Shown here in pieces: positions 26,171 to 32,000 of a stretch of DNA of 32,000 nucleotides. Position 1 is the stretch's first letter; every line of letters begins with the position of its first letter. Origin of the DNA: Candidatus Nanopusillus sp. Its GTDB lineage: Archaea > Nanobdellota > Nanobdellia > Nanobdellales > Nanobdellaceae. The stretch lies in assembly GCA_028276785.1 (NCBI GenBank), contig JAPYVP010000004.1, forward strand, positions 15,803 to 47,802. Direction: 5' to 3'. The notes beneath the pieces were generated by a model, which was not told the DNA's origin, searched no databases, and saw only the letters and a list, made by a program, of their open reading frames with translations. A program made the translations under genes and the position numbers.

Positions 26171-27625
26171 TTATAATATTAAAAATAATTCTTTTGGCAT
26201 GTATAATATATTATCTCCAAATTCTAATTCAAAATCTCCAATAATAATTCCATATTCTGCATTATACCTTCTCATACTATTTCTTACTTGTTTTTCTGCA
26301 TTTTTATCCTTTCCAAATTTAACCTCTACAGGTATGATTTTATTATTATTGGTTTTTATTAGAAAATCTGCGCTATTTTTGTTAGGATCGTAAAAAACCT
26401 TTATATTTGACATATTATGAGTTATTTGTATTTTATATAATACTGAAGCCATGTATTCTTCAAATAAGAATCCTATATCACTCTCTTTAAATGTTCCCAA
26501 ATAGTCTTTTATCATAAATCTTATTGTTGGTGTTATAAAATAATATTTTCTTCGTTTTCTGCTTTCTTTTTCTTCGCTTCCCAATGGTTTGACAGAAAAT
26601 ATTAAAGAAGACATTTTTAAATATTCTAAAATTTTCTGTACATTATCTTTACTTATATTTAAACCATTTGAAATACTTTCTATACTTATTTTTTCTGCTC
26701 CTGCCAAATAATTTATAATTTTTATAGTATCTTCTATACTAGAAGATTTAACGTTATTTATAGTAGGGATATCTAAATAAGCAATTTTTTTGATTGTCTC
26801 TAATAACAAATCTTCAGAATTCTTTTTATATAATGCTGTAAATGGAAAACCCCCAAATTTTAGGAAATCTTCAATTTCATAAGAATATAATTTTATTTTT
26901 TTATATATTTCTATAATTTCGTTATTATTAAAAAATTCTTTAGTAAATTTAGGAATGAGCGAATTATCATTTAATAATTTTAGTATTTCATCCTTAAGTA
27001 TTTTGGTTTTATAGTATTTATCTATCTTTTTTGATATTTTTAAATATTCAATAAAGTTTAAAGGAAATAAATATTCCTTTTTTGCCCTTCTAGCTAAATC
27101 TGCACTAGCTTCTTTTTCTAATTCTAGTGCAGAAGAACCGGCGGCAAGTATAAATGAATTTTGATAATTATCATAAATAACTTTTAATGTTAGAGCCCAA
27201 TTTGGATCATAATTTACCTCATCTAATAACAAAAACACTGGTTCTTCAGAAATTGCTAAATCTTCAAATAAAATTTTAGATTCATAAACGTCTATACTAG
27301 ATCTTAAATCGTAATTAAGACTTTTTAAGTCATCTACAGATATAAACAATACCCTCTCTCTAGGTATATTCTTTTCTTTAATTAGGTATAAATATGTTTG
27401 ATACAATAATGTTGTTTTGCCAGTTCCTCTTAATCCAGGTATGATAATTAATCTATCAATCTTTGTATTTTTTTCAAGAAAATTATTTATATGGTTTTTT
27501 ATTCTGGAAAAGATGTGTCTTTTTGGAAGTGGTTTATTATTCTCATCTGTAGTATATTTTAAGGCTAACTTTTCTGTATATTGTATTCTTCTTTCTAGGT
27601 AAGTTTTTAGTATGTCAATATCCAT
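26171..27625 (-). CDS. AAA+ ATPase of the COG1373 type (AAA_14 plus DUF4143-like), paralog 2
   Basis: Walker A IIIPGLRGTGKTTLL, Walker B LLLDEVN, AAGSSA, ARRA. C-terminal nuclease-like SADFLIK...IPVEVKFG. The track ORF starts at 27694, but MDIDIL at 27625 has a TATA-like box (27647-27654) about 26 nt upstream. Confidence 0.8.
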   Translation of the reverse strand: MDIDILKTYLERRIQYTEKLALKYTTDENNKPLPKRHIFSRIKNHINNFLEKNTKIDRLIIIPGLRGTGKTTLLYQTYLYLIKEKNIPRERVLFISVDDLKSLNYDLRSSIDVYESKILFEDLAISEEPVFLLLDEVNYDPNWALTLKVIYDNYQNSFILAAGSSALELEKEASADLARRAKKEYLFPLNFIEYLKISKKIDKYYKTKILKDEILKLLNDNSLIPKFTKEFFNNNEIIEIYKKIKLYSYEIEDFLKFGGFPFTALYKKNSEDLLLETIKKIAYLDIPTINNVKSSSIEDTIKIINYLAGAEKISIESISNGLNISKDNVQKILEYLKMSSLIFSVKPLGSEEKESRKRRKYYFITPTIRFMIKDYLGTFKESDIGFLFEEYMASVLYKIQITHNMSNIKVFYDPNKNSADFLIKTNNNKIIPVEVKFGKDKNAEKQVRNSMRRYNAEYGIIIGDFELEFGDNILYMPKELFLIL

Positions 27626-27646
27626 GATATTATAATAACATTTAAT

Positions 27647-27654
27647 ATTATAAA
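27647..27654 (-). promoter_or_regulatory. TATA-like box for ATPase paralog 2
   Basis: Plus-strand attataaa equals minus-strand TTTATAAT, centred about 26 nt upstream of the ATG at 27625. Confidence 0.4.
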
Positions 27655-27828
27655 TTTTATCATCTGTCGTAATTCTTAGTATTAATATATCCATAATAAT
27701 ATATTAGTGTTTAGTATTTATATATATTACTTTTTTATAACTATTGGTATGTTAATATAACATCTACATCCTAAAAATTAGGATAAAAATATAAATTATT
27801 ATTGTACCAATTTTGAGATAAAGAGAAA

Positions 27829-30390
27829 CTATATTATCTTATTTAATTCCTTTAGACTCTTTTTATCTAAATCTTTTAATATTATCTGATACAAATTATC
27901 ATTTTCATCAATAAACAAAATTTTATCATCGAAATTAAATATATTTTTCGGAGAAATTATTTTTATTTCTAATTCTTTATTATTTATAAGAGCATTTAAT
28001 AATATTGTTTCTCCTTCGATTTCTATTTTCTTTATTTTCTCTATTTTATATATTATAGAATTATATTTTATTGCATTTTCTAATATTTTCCTAGAATCAT
28101 AATCTAAAATTGTATAATCTTCTAATAAAAATATTTCATTGAAATTATCATCATAAAATCCTACAAATTTAGGATTTGAAATTGGGAATAATAATTTAGG
28201 CATAAGATTTTCATATTTTTTACCATTATATATAACATTTACTCTACTGGGTCTATCAGCTGATTCTATTTTTATATTTTTATCTTTTATTATATTTAAA
28301 TCAATTGTTTCAGATTTTTCGATAATTTTTTCTATTTTTTCCATATTTTCTATTTGATTCTTAAATAATTCATAGAATTTTCCTTTTTTCTTAATTAATT
28401 CATTAGGTTTTCCTTCTTCTACAATTTTTCCATCTTCTATAACAACAACTCTATCCATATTTAATATTTCTGACAAATTATGTGAAATATATATTAAAGT
28501 TTTATCTTTTGAAATATTTAATATAGAAGAAAATATTTGTTCTCTACTTTTTGAGTCAATATTCGATGTTAATTCATCAAATATAAATATATCAGGATTT
28601 CTTATTATATTTCTTGCAATTGTTATTTTTTGTCTTTGTCCTCCAGATAATCTTGTTCCTTCTTCTCCTGCCGGGGTATCGTATGCAAATGGTAATTTAA
28701 TTATATCATCATGTATATTTACAATTTTACAAACTTTTATTATTTCTATTTCATTTATATTTTGATTTCCGTAAGATATATTATATCTAATAGTATTATC
28801 AAAGATTTCTGGATTTTGAGATAAATAAGATATTTTTTCTCTAAGATATGTTAAATCTATATCTTTTATATTTTCATTTCCAATCAATATTTCTCCATCA
28901 TTTACATCATAAAATCTTAATAATAATTTTGCAATTGTTGTTTTCCCTGCACCATTTTTTCCAACAATTGCAACTTTTTCTTTAGGTTTTATTGTAAAAG
29001 AAATATTTTTTAATACAGGAAAACCTGGTTCATATCCAAATGTAACATTAACAAATTTTATTTCATCAATAACATTTGGTTTTAAAGCATTTTCTTTATT
29101 TAATATTTTCGGTTTATCTTCTAATAATTCTAAAATTCTTTCGGCAGAAACTAAAGCTTCTGAAAAATCGCTGAAAAATTTTCGATATGTGTAGAGCGGA
29201 CCATAAATATTTAATATATAAGTTACAAAAGCAACTAATATACCCAATTCGATTAAACTATTAATTACAAAAATTCCGCCAATGTACCATATAAATACGG
29301 TAGTTAAATCTATTATAAGAAATAATAATTCACCTCTTGTTGAAATAAGTGTATCCACTTTAACATCTATCGTATACCAAGAGCTTATTACGTTTTTTGT
29401 TTTTTCATATTCATCTTTTTCCTTTGAAAATAACTTAATAGTATTAAAATTTCTTAGAATATTATTTACTCGAGTTTCAATATCTACTGACTTTATTTTT
29501 GCTTTTTTACTCATTGTTTTTATTCTCCTTTCATAAATTATAAAAAGAACAAAAATAATTGTTGCAGAAATTATTACAGGTATTGCTAAAAAAGGCAGCA
29601 ATAGAAAAAGTATAATAATAGTTCCAATAAGTGTTAGAGTATCTATAGTTATAAAAGTCAAATCGGCTATAATAAATCTGTTTATTTCACCTATATCGGA
29701 TTGATATCTAACTATTAATCTAGAAGGGGAATATTTCTCTATAAAAGAAATATCATTAAAAATTATATGTCCTAATAATAACTCTCTTATTTCTTTTGTA
29801 ATTTTTGTTTCTGTAATGTTTAATAAAACACTTCCAATTAAATATAAAAATCTATAGACTAGGTAAGACATTAACATTAAGAAAATTATTGTAATAAATT
29901 CTTCTGATGATGGTGTTTTTGATATAAGAACTTTGTTTATTAATAAAGCTGTTAAATAAGGAGGAATTAAACTTATAATAGTACCTATAATAAATATAAT
30001 AATAATTAAAGCAATTTCTTTCTTATATTTTTTAATAATTTGTATTAAAAATCCATATATTTCTTTTTTAGATCTTTCCGTTTCTTCTTTTTCAATTATT
30101 TCAGTTTTTACTTTTAAATTAAATTCGTCTACAATTTTTTGTATATTATAAGCTTTTTTCTTTGTAAAATATGCAACTTCAAAAACTTTTCCATTTTTTT
30201 GGGCAATTAATTTGCATATACTTATTCCATATTCTATATCTAACCTTTCTACATTATCAATTTCTAATATTTTGTTTTTATTATTATCATATACAGAAAT
30301 TTTATCATCTAAAATTTCAATAGTTTCTTCAGTAAAATTAAGATTTCTATCAAGATCCGTTTTAAATATTGCTTTAAAATGATCTGTCAT
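27829..30390 (-). CDS. ABC exporter (fused TMD-NBD) with an extra N-terminal soluble domain and a C-terminal DUF1854-like domain
   Basis: 853 aa. About 115 aa are soluble before TM1. A six-TM ABC_membrane region follows. The NBD has GKNGAGKTT, LSGGQRQ and IFIFDE. A 174-aa tail follows, with LFPISNP...LLEDYTILDYDSRKILENAI...ILFIDENDNLYQI..KDLDKKS resembling DUF1854 (from memory). Confidence 0.85.
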   Translation of the reverse strand: MTDHFKAIFKTDLDRNLNFTEETIEILDDKISVYDNNKNKILEIDNVERLDIEYGISICKLIAQKNGKVFEVAYFTKKKAYNIQKIVDEFNLKVKTEIIEKEETERSKKEIYGFLIQIIKKYKKEIALIIIIFIIGTIISLIPPYLTALLINKVLISKTPSSEEFITIIFLMLMSYLVYRFLYLIGSVLLNITETKITKEIRELLLGHIIFNDISFIEKYSPSRLIVRYQSDIGEINRFIIADLTFITIDTLTLIGTIIILFLLLPFLAIPVIISATIIFVLFIIYERRIKTMSKKAKIKSVDIETRVNNILRNFNTIKLFSKEKDEYEKTKNVISSWYTIDVKVDTLISTRGELLFLIIDLTTVFIWYIGGIFVINSLIELGILVAFVTYILNIYGPLYTYRKFFSDFSEALVSAERILELLEDKPKILNKENALKPNVIDEIKFVNVTFGYEPGFPVLKNISFTIKPKEKVAIVGKNGAGKTTIAKLLLRFYDVNDGEILIGNENIKDIDLTYLREKISYLSQNPEIFDNTIRYNISYGNQNINEIEIIKVCKIVNIHDDIIKLPFAYDTPAGEEGTRLSGGQRQKITIARNIIRNPDIFIFDELTSNIDSKSREQIFSSILNISKDKTLIYISHNLSEILNMDRVVVIEDGKIVEEGKPNELIKKKGKFYELFKNQIENMEKIEKIIEKSETIDLNIIKDKNIKIESADRPSRVNVIYNGKKYENLMPKLLFPISNPKFVGFYDDNFNEIFLLEDYTILDYDSRKILENAIKYNSIIYKIEKIKKIEIEGETILLNALINNKELEIKIISPKNIFNFDDKILFIDENDNLYQIILKDLDKKSLKELNKII

Positions 30391-30499
30391 AAAATATAAA
30401 TAATTGTAAATTTACTAAAGTTTTTAATAAAATAGTTTAGACATCTCAAAACAATATATATTATAAGCTTTTATGAATTGAAAAAATATCTATAAATTT

Positions 30500-30658
30500 A
30501 TGTTTAAAGGATGGAAAGCATTAAGAGAAGAAATTAAAAGAAAAGAAGAAGAAAAAAGATTGGAAGCAATAAAAAGGTTAGGAGAATTACTGGAAAAAAT
30601 AGGTGCAACTCCTGAAGAAACTATAAAAATAATAAGGGAAATTAGGGAAGAAAATTAA
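30500..30658 (+). CDS. Possible small charged helical protein (52 aa)
   Basis: Not in the ORF track. Hand translation: MFKGWKALREEIKRKEEEKRLEAIKRLGELLEKIGATPEETIKIIREIREEN*. It fills most of an otherwise empty gap. I recognise no family. Confidence 0.3.
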   Translation: MFKGWKALREEIKRKEEEKRLEAIKRLGELLEKIGATPEETIKIIREIREEN

Positions 30659-30732
30659 AATGAAAATTTAGTCTTTATTCTGAAAATACAGGTTTATTAA
30701 AATATTAGAAGATGCAATTTAAAAATTAAATC

Positions 30733-30816
30733 CGCCGCGGGTGGGATTTGAACCCACGCCCCCTTTCGGGGATATGGTCTCCAGCCATACCCCTTGGTCC
30801 GCTCGGGCACCGCGGC
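30733..30816 (-). tRNA. tRNA-Ser (anticodon GGA), class II, no intron, CCA not encoded
   Basis: Hand-folded. Acceptor GCCGCGG/CCGCGGC. D arm CCC-GAGCGGACCAA-GGG. Anticodon stem UAUGG/CCAUA with loop CUGGAGA. Long variable arm CCCC-GAAA-GGGG. T arm GUGGG-UUCAAAU-CCCAC. Discriminator G. Confidence 0.92.
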
Positions 30817-30821
30817 ATAAA

Positions 30822-30880
30822 TGTCCCCCGCCCATCGTTACCAATATTCATCTTTTCATATTGGTTCGTCTAAGCGGGGA
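30822..30880 (-). ncRNA. Candidate structured sRNA: GC-clamped nested hairpin followed by ACA (H/ACA-like or K-turn RNA), 5 nt upstream of tRNA-Ser
   Basis: On the minus strand the 5' half reads UCCCCGCUU-AGACGA-ACCAAUAU-GAAAAGAUGA. The 3' half reads AUAUUGGU-AACGAU-GGGCGGGGG-ACA. This gives a 9-bp lower stem (includes G:U pairs), a 6+6 internal loop, an 8-bp upper stem and a 10-nt loop. G+C in the stem contrasts sharply with the flanks. Confidence 0.4.
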
Positions 30881-30916
30881 TACATATTTAATATAATTTA
30901 ATACAAAAATATTTTT

Positions 30917-31849
30917 ATGTTAACAAGAAATTTACTGGAAAAGATAAATCAAAAGATAAATCAAATAAAAAAAGGTGAAGAAAATGATAAGGAAGAAAAA
31001 ATTAATATTGGAAAATTAGATTTAGATAATTTTGAAGTAAAAGAAAAGAAAAAATACGGATTTATAGATTCTTCTCATGTAAATGGAATTGTTGGTCCTT
31101 ATAGTTATATATATTCAAGGGCGGTAATTGTTTCTGATGATATATATGAAAGTATAGAGGATATAGAATTTTTTGAAACATCTTTTATAAGAGCAATGAA
31201 TAACGAAAATTTTGATATTCAAGACATTTCAGAATTATTATCAAAAAATTTAGAATATAAATTGGCGAGAAAATATTCTGATAGGTATATATTTATAGAT
31301 GGATCAATAATATCAGATTCTATATTATATTCAAAGTTTCTGTATAATTTTTATAATGAAAATATTGAAAATAGGAGAAAAGAATTTTTAGAAAATTTTG
31401 AATATTTAATAAATAATGGAAATTTGTTGGCAGTTGCAAAAAGAATATTAAATTTAGATATAATAAAGCCAGGTAGATCTGATTTATTAACATTGATGAA
31501 ATTTTTTCCATCAGAAATATTTTATACAGATATTAAAGAAAAACAATTAAAAGAATTTTTAGGTTTTAAAATTCCAAACTGTTCATTTTGTAACAAAAAT
31601 ATATATATAATATATTTCAGAGCAAGATATAATGATCATATATATAGATTGGAAGGAATGGAAAAAATTGGAAAAGAAAAGTTCAAAGAAATAATAAAAG
31701 AATTTGTTTATGATCAAAAATCTTATCCCAAAGGGTTAAAATTGGCCCATAACTTATGTAAAATAACAAATAAAGAAAAATTGGGATTAGAAAGTTATAT
31801 TAAGAAAAGTTTGGGATTTGAAAAAACTGTTGGTTGGGAAACTCATTAG
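30917..31849 (+). CDS. nurA: NurA-domain nuclease (putative)
   Basis: 310 aa. YGFIDSSHVNG and RYIFIDGSIISD resemble the two NurA Asp-containing motifs. C-terminal SYPKGLKLAHNLCKITNKE resembles the conserved NurA GYP..L..AD..A.i block (from memory). Confidence 0.55.
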   Translation: MLTRNLLEKINQKINQIKKGEENDKEEKINIGKLDLDNFEVKEKKKYGFIDSSHVNGIVGPYSYIYSRAVIVSDDIYESIEDIEFFETSFIRAMNNENFDIQDISELLSKNLEYKLARKYSDRYIFIDGSIISDSILYSKFLYNFYNENIENRRKEFLENFEYLINNGNLLAVAKRILNLDIIKPGRSDLLTLMKFFPSEIFYTDIKEKQLKEFLGFKIPNCSFCNKNIYIIYFRARYNDHIYRLEGMEKIGKEKFKEIIKEFVYDQKSYPKGLKLAHNLCKITNKEKLGLESYIKKSLGFEKTVGWETH

Positions 31850-31922
31850 GGTCCGGGGCGGGATTTGAACCCGCGATCTTCGGGTCCACAGCCCGACGCC
31901 TTACCACTAGGCTACCCGGACC
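31850..31922 (-). tRNA. tRNA-His (anticodon GTG) with genome-encoded G-1
   Basis: Hand-folded. G-1 lies opposite discriminator C73. Acceptor GUCCGGG/CCCGGAC. D arm GCCU-AGUGGUA-AGGC. Anticodon stem UCGGG/CCCGA with loop CUGUGGA. T arm GCGGG-UUCAAAU-CCCGC. Confidence 0.92.
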
Positions 31923-31942
31923 ATAAAAAGTATTATAAAATT

Positions 31943-31952
31943 CATATTTTTA
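31943..31952 (-). promoter_or_regulatory. TATA-like box positioned for transcription starting at G-1 of tRNA-His
   Basis: Plus-strand catattttta equals minus-strand TAAAAATATG, centred about 26 nt upstream of the tRNA 5' end (31922). Confidence 0.4.
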
Positions 31953-32000
31953 ACTAATATAAATTGAAGGCATTACACCATTTGGAGGATATGCTCTAGC
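31950..32000 (-). CDS. 3' end of an unidentified gene entering from the right edge
   Basis: Only one minus-strand frame is open from position 32000: ...ARAYPPNGVMPSIYIS*. It is too short to identify. Confidence 0.2.
   Translation of the reverse strand, partial: ARAYPPNGVMPSIYIS

Noticed and set aside
27768-27784. Palindrome atcctaa-aaa-ttaggat between the ABC exporter and ATPase paralog 2
   Set aside because: A 7-bp arm in AT-rich DNA could arise by chance. It has no second copy in the window and no supporting context beyond lying in a promoter/terminator gap.
30817-30890. Split-tRNA half gene or second tRNA next to tRNA-Ser
   Set aside because: Neither strand has a T-loop (GTTCRAAT), D-loop GG or a cloverleaf. 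The adjacent tRNA-Ser is already complete, and both GC-rich complementary segments are in cis, forming a simple hairpin.
30733-31922. Integrated mobile element between tRNA-Ser and tRNA-His
   Set aside because: No integrase or transposase is present. No direct repeat of a tRNA 3' segment flanks the interval. The only gene is a NurA-like nuclease with the same composition as the rest of the window.

Overview
Gene-dense window from a very AT-rich archaeal chromosome (about a quarter G+C by eye, not computed). It holds about 30 protein genes, 2 tRNAs and almost no spacer. Most genes are archaeal housekeeping genes: IleRS, TBP, proteasome beta subunit, aCPSF1, thymidylate kinase, type IA topoisomerase, ABCE1, RpoL, PolD small subunit, Orc1/Cdc6, and ribosomal proteins uS14, uS8 and uL18. 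The tRNA stems are almost pure G:C against this AT-rich background, and TATA-like boxes sit about 26 nt upstream of most start codons, implying leaderless mRNAs. Many genes overlap and the ribosomal-protein cluster is scrambled. Together this suggests a thermophilic, small-genome archaeon of the DPANN/Nanoarchaeota kind; that is inference, since no search was possible. Accessory content is a vapBC toxin-antitoxin pair, two COG1373-type AAA ATPase paralogs, an ABC exporter with extra N- and C-terminal cytoplasmic domains, and a NurA-like nuclease between two tRNA genes. I found no CRISPR array, transposase, integrase or rRNA, and no convincing multi-gene novel system. Items most worth follow-up: (1) a GC-rich about 60-nt hairpin with an ACA trinucleotide directly upstream of tRNA-Ser, a candidate H/ACA-like or K-turn sRNA; (2) a uS14 gene with an about 68-aa N-terminal extension; (3) a permease-methyltransferase fusion; (4) a half-length NFACT/RqcH gene; (5) the decorated ABC exporter; (6) two unusually long non-coding gaps, one upstream of cdc6 (candidate origin) and one with a 28-bp inverted repeat and clustered TTCCAY motifs; (7) a conserved-looking 51-aa zinc-ribbon ORF missing from the ORF track.
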